From: Sulfurimonadaceae bacterium
GTDB lineage: Bacteria; Campylobacterota; Campylobacteria; Campylobacterales; Sulfurimonadaceae
Direction: 5' to 3'
DNA: 56,396 nt
Assembly: GCA_041571435.1 (NCBI GenBank)
Contig: JBFFUI010000010.1
Location: forward strand, 1-56,396
Below the pieces are notes generated by a model. The model searched no databases. It was not told the DNA's origin and saw only the letters and a program-made list of their open reading frames with translations. The translations under genes and the position numbers were made by a program. Shown in pieces: positions 48,430-56,396 of this stretch. The number at the start of each line of letters is the position of its first letter. The stretch's first letter is position 1.

Positions 48430-49713
48430 ATGCAGACGAACAGGCAGATATATTCATGGGCAATGTACGACTGGGCCAATTCGGCCTACGCCACTACGGT
48501 GATGGCCGGCTTTTTTCCGCTCTTTTTTAAAAGCTATTTCAGCACTGAAAGTGACGTTATCACCTCTACGGCACATCTGGGTATGGCCAACTCTCTCTCA
48601 AGTATGATCATTGTGCTGTTAGCCCCGTTTCTTGGTGCCATAGCCGATGCAGGCGGTCTGAAAAAGCGTTTTCTTTTTCTTTTCACCTACCTCGGCGTAT
48701 TGATGAGCGGCTCTCTTGCTCTTGTTCAGCAGGGCGAATGGGAATTGGCGGCCTTTGTCTATGTCCTCGGTAACATCGGTTTTATGGGCTCGAACGTCTT
48801 TAATGATGCCCTGCTGCCAGGTGTCGCAAAAGAGAGGAGTCTGGATTATGTATCAGGGCTAGGCTTTGCGCTGGGGTATCTCGGTGGTGGGATACTTTTT
48901 GCACTCAATGTGTTGATGGTGCAAAAACCGGAGCTCTTTGGTCTCTCCAATATGTACGAGGCGGTGAAAGTTTCATTTGCCAGTGTGGCTGTCTGGTGGG
49001 CACTCTTTTCACTGCCAGCACTTGTTTTTGTCAGAGAGCAACGCCCAAAAGAGCAGCGAAAGCTTGGCGAGACGGTACTGGCAGGCTACAGGCAGCTGCT
49101 TGGGACCTTTAAAAAGATTCGTCATCTTAAAGGTCTGTTGTTCTTTCTGCTTGCCTATTGGCTCTATATCGACGGTGTTGACACCATTATACGGATGGCT
49201 GTTGATTATGCGATGGCGATCGGATTTGCCCCGAACGCACTTATTTTGGCTCTGTTGCTTGTGCAGTTTATCGGTTTTCCAGCGACCCTGCTTTTTGCCA
49301 AATTGGCCCAGAAGTATGATACGAAAAAGGCTCTTTTTGTTGCCATCGGCACCTATCTTGTTATCACGCTTTGGGCATCGGTTATGAGTAATGAACATGA
49401 GTTCTACATTCTTGCCGCAATGATCGGAATGGTGCAAGGGGGCATTCAAGCTTTAAGCCGTTCGTACTATGCCAGGATGATTCCTCGGGAGCAGGCTGCC
49501 GAGTTTTTCGGATTTTTTAACTTTCTAGGCCGTTTTGCAACGATTTTCGGACCGCTTTTGATCGGATTTGTTGCAGTTTCAACACAGAGCTCACGACTGG
49601 GTATCGCATCGGTGGCTGTATTTTTTGTGGCGGGTGGGCTCTTGCTGAGTAGGGTGGATGAAGAGAAGATCGCCAGAGAGGTCAGGCAGACACTCGAAGA
49701 AGATGCTAGCTGA
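48430..49713 (+). CDS. MFS transporter, Atg22/BtlA (UMF1)-like
   Basis: YSWAMYDWANSAY, PFLGAIAD, GFALGYLGG and QALSRSYYARMIP with about 12 TM. Start ATG 48430. Confidence 0.92.
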   Translation: MQTNRQIYSWAMYDWANSAYATTVMAGFFPLFFKSYFSTESDVITSTAHLGMANSLSSMIIVLLAPFLGAIADAGGLKKRFLFLFTYLGVLMSGSLALVQQGEWELAAFVYVLGNIGFMGSNVFNDALLPGVAKERSLDYVSGLGFALGYLGGGILFALNVLMVQKPELFGLSNMYEAVKVSFASVAVWWALFSLPALVFVREQRPKEQRKLGETVLAGYRQLLGTFKKIRHLKGLLFFLLAYWLYIDGVDTIIRMAVDYAMAIGFAPNALILALLLVQFIGFPATLLFAKLAQKYDTKKALFVAIGTYLVITLWASVMSNEHEFYILAAMIGMVQGGIQALSRSYYARMIPREQAAEFFGFFNFLGRFATIFGPLLIGFVAVSTQSSRLGIASVAVFFVAGGLLLSRVDEEKIAREVRQTLEEDAS

Positions 49714-50950
49714 TTGTGTCGCCCAGATGTCCGGCAACATACCCGCTGGCAAACGACCATTGCAGGTTGTAGCCCCCGCACGGTCCGTCAAGGTTCATCA
49801 CCTCTCCGCAGAAGAAAAGCCCTTTTAGTTTCTTAGATGCCATCGTTTCGGGAACGATCTCTTTAAGTGTTACTCCGCCGCGGGTGATCATGGCCATCTT
49901 GAAACCTTCATGGCCGTTGACGGTCAGCGGTGTCCAGGCCAGCAGTTTGATGAGCTTGTCGCGCACGGGGCCGCTCTGCTTGTTAAAGCCGAGCTCCGGG
50001 TCGGCACCGGCAAGCTTTATGAGCTCCAGCGAGAGTGCTTCGGGCAGCAAAGTCTTCACAAGGCTAAGCGTGGTGTGCTCCTGGTTTTTGTAGATCGCAT
50101 CTTTAAAATGGGTACGGATCTGCTCTTCGTTCATTCCCCTAGTCAGGTTCATCAGCAGTGGTACCTCCTCGAACTTGCTCAGCAGCGGAGTGATCTCGCG
50201 TGAGAAATCGAGAACGACCGGCCCGCGGATTCCTGTCTTGGTAAAGATAAGGTCCCCTTTTGCCTTGAGCTTTTTATACTTGGGCAGGTTGACGAACATT
50301 TCGACTTTTGGGATGGTATCGGCGCGGCAGTTTTCGACCCAGCTCTCTTTGGTCTTAAGTGGCATCATGGCAGGGTGCAGGGGCGTGATCTTGTGGCCGA
50401 CCTGTTTTGCCATTTCAAAACCGTCACCTTCGGCACCAAGCGCAGGGTAGCCGAGCCCGCCGGTCGCGACGATGACGTTGTCACCGGTAAAGGTGCTATC
50501 TGTTGTCTTGACCCCGGTGACATGCTCACCACTGAAGAGCAGCTCTTCGGCTTTTTGCGAACACGCTATGCGGACGCCGAGCCGGTTCATCTCCTCTTCG
50601 AGGGCAGTGATGATGGTCTGTGAGGAGTGGGTCTTTGGAAAGACCCTGAAGCCGTCTGGAAAGTGTGCCTCGACGCCGATCCCGGCAAAAAAATCGATGA
50701 GCGCTTTGTGGTCAAGGGCCGTGAGTGCAGGGGTCATAAAACGCCCTTCGCGTCCGAACCGGGCCATAAAGGCTTCATTGGAGAGGGTGTTGGTCAGGTT
50801 ACAGCGGCCGCCGCCGGTCGCTTTGAGCTTGGCCCCGATCTTGGAGAGCTTTTCGAGCAGAAGAACGGACTTGCCGCGGCGTGCGGCGGTAATGGCCGCT
50901 ATCATTCCTGCGGCACCGCTGCCTATTACGATCACATCATAGTTTTGCAT
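49706..50950 (-). CDS. HI0933/YhiN (BaiN)-family flavoprotein
   Basis: VIGSGAAG, KLKATGGGRCNLTN, ATGG, TRGGV and GE..DGPCGGYNLQ. Start set at MQNYDV (50950). Confidence 0.93.
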   Translation of the reverse strand: MQNYDVIVIGSGAAGMIAAITAARRGKSVLLLEKLSKIGAKLKATGGGRCNLTNTLSNEAFMARFGREGRFMTPALTALDHKALIDFFAGIGVEAHFPDGFRVFPKTHSSQTIITALEEEMNRLGVRIACSQKAEELLFSGEHVTGVKTTDSTFTGDNVIVATGGLGYPALGAEGDGFEMAKQVGHKITPLHPAMMPLKTKESWVENCRADTIPKVEMFVNLPKYKKLKAKGDLIFTKTGIRGPVVLDFSREITPLLSKFEEVPLLMNLTRGMNEEQIRTHFKDAIYKNQEHTTLSLVKTLLPEALSLELIKLAGADPELGFNKQSGPVRDKLIKLLAWTPLTVNGHEGFKMAMITRGGVTLKEIVPETMASKKLKGLFFCGEVMNLDGPCGGYNLQWSFASGYVAGHLGDTIS

Positions 50951-51118
50951 GTGTAATGGTACACCTATTTTACGTATAGAGAGCTTTTTCGGATCAACTG
51001 CCGGTGTGAAGGCTCTTGATCTTAGCGTAAAGACAGGCGGCAAGGGTCAATACGATATAGAAACCGAGTGCTTTATTGCGTTTTCGGTGGATGGAGTGGT
51101 GGTTGTTCTCGGGCACTG

Positions 51119-52183
51119 TTATACCCATTTTTTCTTTTTAAAGTAGAGAAACAGCAGCACAGAAAACACGATGAACCCAACCCATAATCCCGGATAGGAC
51201 CATTTCCAGTAGAGTTCCGGCATATACTTGAAATTCATACCGTAGACCCCGGTAAAAAAAGTGAGAGGTATAAAGATGGAAGCAAAGACCGTCAGGACTT
51301 TCATGATCTCGTTCATCTTGTTGCTTACACTGGAGATGTAGATGTCCAGAAGCCCTGTCAATATGTCTCTGTAGGTCTCGATCTCCTCCGTTATATGGAT
51401 GCTATGGTCATGGATGTCTCTGAAGTAAGGGTGGTTTCTTTTGGCGATCAAACCTGTGTTGCTTCTGAGAATGGCGGTTAGCAGTTCTCTTAGGGGTGAA
51501 ACAGATTTTCGAATATAGATAAGTTCGCGCTTGATCTGTTGAATCTGCAGCAGTGTTTCAGGCGTTGGGTCTGTCAGCAGCTCATCTTCGACAACATCGG
51601 TGACAAGATCGAGTGAGTCGAGTAGGGTAAAGTTCATATCGACAATGAGGTCTAAAATGGCATAGGTGAGATAGTCCGAACCCTCCGATCTTAGACGTCC
51701 CTGGCTGTTTTGAAGACGCTGGTACAGCGGTAGAAAAAGGTCGTCTTTTCGTTCTTTAAAGGTGACAACAAAATTTTTAAAGAGCAAAATACTGACCTGC
51801 TCGTAATTGACGGAAAAGGCCTTGTCTTTGAGAGAGAGACTTTTAAGAACGATATAGAGATAGCTCTCGGCCTCTTCGAACCTTGGTCGTTGGTGGGCAT
51901 TGAGGATATCTTCAAGGACCAGGGGATGCACGTCGAACAATCTGCCGATCGCTTCGATATGCGCGACATTGTGCAAGCCTTCGATATTGATCCAGGTAAT
52001 GCTCTCTGTCTCTCTGTATTCGAGCAACTCATCAATAGAGGTGATGCTCTTTTCGACAAGGTGCTTTTTCGTAAAGTCGATCAGCGATATTCTTGATTCG
52101 GTTTCGAGAACGGCACCGACATGGATCAGCGTTCCGGGTGGCATCCCTGTTTTTTGAGAGATGTTGTTGAATGAATCTGACAT
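51119..52183 (-). CDS. corA: Magnesium/cobalt transporter
   Basis: GMPPGTL, HPLVLEDI..HQRP, MNEIMKVLT and YGMNF..MPEL. Confidence 0.96.
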   Translation of the reverse strand: MSDSFNNISQKTGMPPGTLIHVGAVLETESRISLIDFTKKHLVEKSITSIDELLEYRETESITWINIEGLHNVAHIEAIGRLFDVHPLVLEDILNAHQRPRFEEAESYLYIVLKSLSLKDKAFSVNYEQVSILLFKNFVVTFKERKDDLFLPLYQRLQNSQGRLRSEGSDYLTYAILDLIVDMNFTLLDSLDLVTDVVEDELLTDPTPETLLQIQQIKRELIYIRKSVSPLRELLTAILRSNTGLIAKRNHPYFRDIHDHSIHITEEIETYRDILTGLLDIYISSVSNKMNEIMKVLTVFASIFIPLTFFTGVYGMNFKYMPELYWKWSYPGLWVGFIVFSVLLFLYFKKKKWV

Positions 52184-52186
52184 CCG

Positions 52187-52720
52187 TTACTGTCCTGTCA
52201 CAGGTTGAGCAGCAAAGGTGTTAAGCATCGAAGCTATGATTTTGTCAAAATAGTCACTACGGGCCTGCGGCGTTTTGAAATGACGGTACTTCCTGCTCTC
52301 AGATGCACGCCAAAAGGTCTTTTTGGTCAGTGGATCGATCATGTTGATGTCGATATGTTCCTGGTCGCTGCTGACGTTATGCGTCGTTCCGACAGAGGTG
52401 CCAACCCCGCTTGAATAGGTACCAAAACCGAAACCGAAGCTGACATTGGAGGGCACATCCTCTTCAAGCCGGGTCTGGAAGGTGACATGAAAATCTGCTG
52501 CTTCTTTGGCAACAGGCCGATAGCCTTTGCGCTCCAGTTCATGGGTGATCGCGGCAGTAATACGTTCGTCGTCGAGGGTGTCGATACCGCCTCTGCTTTT
52601 ATGAACGATCGAAAATGTTTTGAGTGATTCGGTCTTGTAGGAAGGATCAAAATCGGTGTTGACTTTGTGCGAACAACCGATCATAAAAAGCAATAACAGC
52701 GGCAGTAGATAGCGAAACAT
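52187..52720 (-). CDS. DUF4136-like lipoprotein
   Basis: Lipobox MIGC, TDFDP..LKTF, L..KGY..ADF.V, a Gly-rich segment and INMIDP..FWRA. Start ATG 52720 after SD AAGGAG. Confidence 0.8.
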   Translation of the reverse strand: MFRYLLPLLLLFMIGCSHKVNTDFDPSYKTESLKTFSIVHKSRGGIDTLDDERITAAITHELERKGYRPVAKEAADFHVTFQTRLEEDVPSNVSFGFGFGTYSSGVGTSVGTTHNVSSDQEHIDINMIDPLTKKTFWRASESRKYRHFKTPQARSDYFDKIIASMLNTFAAQPVTGQ

Positions 52721-52836
52721 GTTGACTCCTTTAAACACCGAAACAGTGTGTATTTGGAAATGGCAATGTTAGATTATACAGAAAATCAGAGAAGGTTGAA
52801 TAACCGCTCGTTCCAAACAACCGTTAATCGTTTCTA

Positions 52837-53043
52837 CTATTTTTTGAAAAAGGCGAACAGCAGTGAAAGGATGACAGAGATAAGCAGCATGGTGACGACA
52901 GGAAAATAGAAGCGTGTGTTCCTGCTTTCGTATCGGATGTCACCGGGAAGGTTGCCGAACCAGTTCAACAGTCCGAACTTGTAGGCGATTCCCAAAAGAA
53001 TAAGCAACAGACCCGCCCCTATCAGCCAGTTACCGATAGACAT
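52837..53043 (-). CDS. DUF2905-like small membrane protein
   Basis: WFGNLPGDIRYE..TRFYFPVVTMLLISVILS between two TM helices. Confidence 0.85.
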   Translation of the reverse strand: MSIGNWLIGAGLLLILLGIAYKFGLLNWFGNLPGDIRYESRNTRFYFPVVTMLLISVILSLLFAFFKK

Positions 53044-53206
53044 TTTTTCTGCCCACTTTGCTTCTTTCAGTTTCCATCTTCTCTATCTTCCACTTTTTGG
53101 CTCCTTGTAGCGCTAAATCGCGCCAGGGTTATAAGATGATTATACAAGAAGTTTTGTGTCGTAGAGAAAACAGCTTGGCTCTAAAGGCCAGAGCCAAAGA
53201 AAAGGG

Positions 53207-54073
53207 CTATTTCTCTTTTAGCGTTGCCTCGTTGATCGTTTTGTAAAAATAGCCCAGCGCTACAAACATGATGGTCGTTCCAAGCAGCAGGTAAAAGGCA
53301 GCAGACATCTTCGAATAGTCGTCCAGTGCAATCTTAAAGACAACCATCAGGGTCTCGATGGAGAGGGCGATGATGATGGAGATGATGAATTTTCCCAGCA
53401 CTTTATACTGTTTGTCTTCGGGATGGTGGAAGGATTCATAGATCACTTCGTGTTCAAAGATCTGTTTTGCCATATCGAAGATCGCCAGCCCCAGTGTGAT
53501 CGCGATGATGGACTTGAAGACATCGTTGAGGAAGTTGGACTCTGTAAACTCGACAAGAAGTTTGGAGAAGAAGTTGTAGCCGCCGTAGACGATGAGCGCT
53601 ATTGAGACTAGTGTCAATAGCGATGAACCCAGAAAGTAGACACCACGCTTGAATTTGTCATGCTTTTTGTTGTATTCGATCAGCTTAAGATCCTGCAGCA
53701 GCTCGATAAGATCGATATCGAAGACATAATAGGTGCTGTTCGTGTGGTGAACGACCGATACACTCGCTTTGCCGGTTCGATAGTGGATGTAGGGGTTGGA
53801 GATATAGAAGCCTTCCTCGTCGAGCAGCATCTTCATAAAATAGTGGCTTTTGTCACTGCCTATCTGTTTCTCATCTCTTTCACGGCGGCAGACGATGGGG
53901 GTCTGTTGTCTGAAATTTTCATCCACACCGTAGATCAGCTGGATGAAATGGTGGGTTTTGAGGATAGCGTCGGCGTTTGCAAGATAGTCTTTCGGAAAAC
54001 TCTTTATGAGTGTCTCGATATAACCGTCGACGGTAATTTTGTGTTTTTTGTAGAGGTTGATCACTTGTTTCAT
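53207..54073 (-). CDS. PglG-like protein (PDC/Cache-like N-domain plus C-terminal TM bundle)
   Basis: YISNPYIHYRTGKASVSVV (Cache-like), then ITLGLAIFDMAKQIFEHEV and SIIIALSIETLMVVFK TM motifs. Confidence 0.7.
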   Translation of the reverse strand: MKQVINLYKKHKITVDGYIETLIKSFPKDYLANADAILKTHHFIQLIYGVDENFRQQTPIVCRRERDEKQIGSDKSHYFMKMLLDEEGFYISNPYIHYRTGKASVSVVHHTNSTYYVFDIDLIELLQDLKLIEYNKKHDKFKRGVYFLGSSLLTLVSIALIVYGGYNFFSKLLVEFTESNFLNDVFKSIIAITLGLAIFDMAKQIFEHEVIYESFHHPEDKQYKVLGKFIISIIIALSIETLMVVFKIALDDYSKMSAAFYLLLGTTIMFVALGYFYKTINEATLKEK

Positions 54074-54248
54074 GCGGGTACTCTGTTTATTGGGTTAATA
54101 TAGAACCCGAGTATAGCATATAAGCGAAGATACCTTCTCTGAAAGGGGTCGGTATTTGAAGGAGAGCGCTATTTTTTATTAAAGTGTAGTGTTTTCTCAC
54201 GCCCGGGTAACATTTAGGCATGCTGAGCTAACACTCTATTGCGGGAGA

Positions 54249-54377
54249 CTAATCTTTTTCTTTGGTGTCCTCATCTTCTAAAAACCGGTTCTGACTGTCC
54301 GTCTTTTTAGCGGCCATGATAAACCAGGCAAAGATACTGATGACACTGATGATGGCGACGATCTCAAAACCGATCAT
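54249..54377 (-). CDS. Small single-pass membrane protein (42 aa), not in the ORF track
   Basis: MIGFEIVAIISVISIFAWFIMAAKKTDSQNRFLEDEDTKEKD. The ATG overlaps the cysS stop (ATGA). Confidence 0.65.
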   Translation of the reverse strand: MIGFEIVAIISVISIFAWFIMAAKKTDSQNRFLEDEDTKEKD

Positions 54378-55774
54378 TCCACACGCTCCCAGAAGGTACC
54401 CTGTGCGGTGTCCATGATGCTGACACCGTAGGCCATGATCTCATCGCGAAGGGCATCGGAGCGTTCAAAGTCTTTTGCCTTTTTGGCTTCGGTACGTTCT
54501 GCAACGAGGGTATCGATCTTCGCTTTAGTCGCTTCGTCGAGACCGAACTGGAAGTACTCAAAGGGGTTTTTGGTGCCGAAACCGAGTACCTTTTCGATAA
54601 AGGCAAGGTCAGCTGTCGTCTGGCGTTTGATCAGTTTGTCTTTCGGGTTGGCATCGAGGGTCTCGTTGGCGTTGGCGACCATCTCGTCGATGACGGCGAG
54701 GGCCTGAGAGACGTTGAGGTCGTCGTTAAGCGCTTCGAGCAGTTTGATCTGCATCGGTGTCTTTTCGTCGCTGATATTCATACCGAAGAGCCGTTTTTTC
54801 AGGCGGTAAAGCTTATCAAGACGCTTTTTGGAAGCGAGCAGGTCCTGCTCGTTAAAGTTAAAGTTGGCGCGATAGTGGGTGCTCAAAAGGTAGAAACGCA
54901 GCACTTCGCCGTCGTAGACTTTGAGGGCATCTTTGATAAAAAAGCTGTTGCCCAGACTTTTACTCATCTTCTCGCCATCGATGTTGACAAAGCCGTTGTG
55001 CATCCAGTAGTTGGCCAGTTCATGGTTGGACGAACAGCGGGTCTGTGCCGCTTCGTTCTCATGGTGGGGAAAGAGCAGGTCGGCGCCGCCGCCGTGAATG
55101 TCGATGGCATATTTATCGTTTCCGGCCAGGTGCTTTTCGATCATGGCCGAACACTCGGTGTGCCAGCCCGGCCGCCCTTTACCAAACGGTGAATCGAAAG
55201 TAATGGAGCCGTCGCTGACAGTTTTCCAGAGGGCAAAGTCGGCCGAGTTGCGTTTGGCACTTGAACTTTCGACACGCTCCTGACGGTCCTCTTCGTTCTG
55301 CTTCTGGTTGGAGATGCTGAGGTAGGCATTGTCGCTGGCCGTGTCAAAATAGACATCTCCCTCAGCTGTCTGATAGGCGTGGTTGCTGTCGATGAGTTTC
55401 TGGATAAGCTCGAACATCGCCTCTAAAGACTCGGTCGCTTTGGGCTCTAGCGTCGGACGTTCGATGCCGAGTGCCGCCATGTCATGATGGTAAGCTTCAG
55501 TGTATTTGTCCGTGATGTCCGCAATACTGACGCCCTGTTGCGCTGCTTTTTTGATGATCTTATCGTCGATGTCGGTGATGTTTCTGGCATAGACGACATT
55601 GTGGCCGTTGGCTTCAAGAACACGGCGAAGCAGGTCGAAGACCAGGGCACTTTTGGCATGGCCGAGGTGGGCATCGTCATAGACTGTCGGGCCGCAGACA
55701 TAGAGAGTGACACGTTCCGGGTTGAGGGGGATGAATTCTCTCTTTGTCTTGGCGACAGAATCAAATATATACAT
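54374..55774 (-). CDS. cysS: Cysteine--tRNA ligase
   Basis: YVCGPTVYD..HLGH, DFALWK, GRPGWHTECSAM, HHENE and KMSKS. Confidence 0.99.
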   Translation of the reverse strand: MYIFDSVAKTKREFIPLNPERVTLYVCGPTVYDDAHLGHAKSALVFDLLRRVLEANGHNVVYARNITDIDDKIIKKAAQQGVSIADITDKYTEAYHHDMAALGIERPTLEPKATESLEAMFELIQKLIDSNHAYQTAEGDVYFDTASDNAYLSISNQKQNEEDRQERVESSSAKRNSADFALWKTVSDGSITFDSPFGKGRPGWHTECSAMIEKHLAGNDKYAIDIHGGGADLLFPHHENEAAQTRCSSNHELANYWMHNGFVNIDGEKMSKSLGNSFFIKDALKVYDGEVLRFYLLSTHYRANFNFNEQDLLASKKRLDKLYRLKKRLFGMNISDEKTPMQIKLLEALNDDLNVSQALAVIDEMVANANETLDANPKDKLIKRQTTADLAFIEKVLGFGTKNPFEYFQFGLDEATKAKIDTLVAERTEAKKAKDFERSDALRDEIMAYGVSIMDTAQGTFWERVE

Positions 55775-56396
55775 GGATAAGTTCCTTGACGAGTAGTAAT
55801 AGTAGTGTGAAAAGCGTGGCGCTGATCAGCAGAAGCAGCGCTTTTTTCCGCGAAATTATAGCCAAAAATTCTTGCTTGCTGAAGGTCTTCGCTGTGGCAA
55901 AAAAGCCGATAAAACCGCTTAGCGTACTGGCAAGTGCTAGACCCACACCGCCGAGCGGCGTGATGAGCAGCAAGGAGAGTACGATATTGGAACCGAGGGT
56001 CAAGGTGGCGATCTTGGCGGCTTTCATCTGACGTTCCTGTGCGTATAACCACAAAAGCAGCAGTTTGTTAAGTCCAAAGGGCAGCAGTCCGATCATGTAC
56101 ATCTGCAAGATGGCCGAGCTCGCGAGGGTGTCGGTATGGCTAAAGGCCCCGCGTTCAAAGAGCAGCCAGACGATCTCTTCGCTTAGGACGAACCCTCCGA
56201 GGGTGCTGAACATCAGGATAAAGGCTAAAAACCAAAAGGCTCTGTGCATAAATACCAGTGCTTTTTCGTGGTCGTTGTTCTTTATGAAACGGGCGATGCG
56301 TGGGAAGAGGGCAATCGAGGTGGCGATGGCGAAGAGGGCTAGCGGCAGCTGGAAAATACGGTTGGCATAGTACATATAGCTGATGACGCCGGTGGC
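55761..56396 (-). CDS. murJ: Lipid II flippase (5' part outside window)
   Basis: YYANRIFQLPLALFAIA, LLFERGAF and LALAST. Confidence 0.93.
   Translation of the reverse strand, partial: ATGVISYMYYANRIFQLPLALFAIATSIALFPRIARFIKNNDHEKALVFMHRAFWFLAFILMFSTLGGFVLSEEIVWLLFERGAFSHTDTLASSAILQMYMIGLLPFGLNKLLLLWLYAQERQMKAAKIATLTLGSNIVLSLLLITPLGGVGLALASTLSGFIGFFATAKTFSKQEFLAIISRKKALLLLISATLFTLLLLLVKELIHVYI

Overview
A 56-kb chromosomal window from a Campylobacterota (Epsilonproteobacteria) genome, probably Sulfurimonas/Sulfurovum-like. The assignment is inferred from the pheT-aroA-ispH-rpsA-serA and pyrD-M16-dapA-SDR-pgsA gene orders and from TATAAT promoters preceded by T-tracts. Most of the window is housekeeping (pheT, aroA, ispH, rpsA, serA, efp, dnaE, yggS, rseP, pgsA, dapA, pyrD, corA, cysS, murJ). 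Accessory genes include a decayed HD-GYP gene, a TolC-MFP-split-RND efflux operon, a DPS-like ferritin plus zupT, a large multiheme cytochrome c, a DUF285/BspA-type repeat lipoprotein, a hybrid histidine kinase and a minimal LETM1-like protein. I found no tRNA, rRNA, CRISPR array, transposase or integrase. The most unusual element is at about 46250-47100. A TATAAT promoter precedes a ~300-nt, densely base-paired leader with a fourU-like anti-Shine-Dalgarno. The leader is followed by a 56-aa, very basic peptide with four [QK]-W-S-I-[GC] motifs, then a long hairpin, an orphan 74-aa ORF and a terminator-like hairpin. I do not recognise this module. All family calls come from motif recognition by eye, not from database searches.
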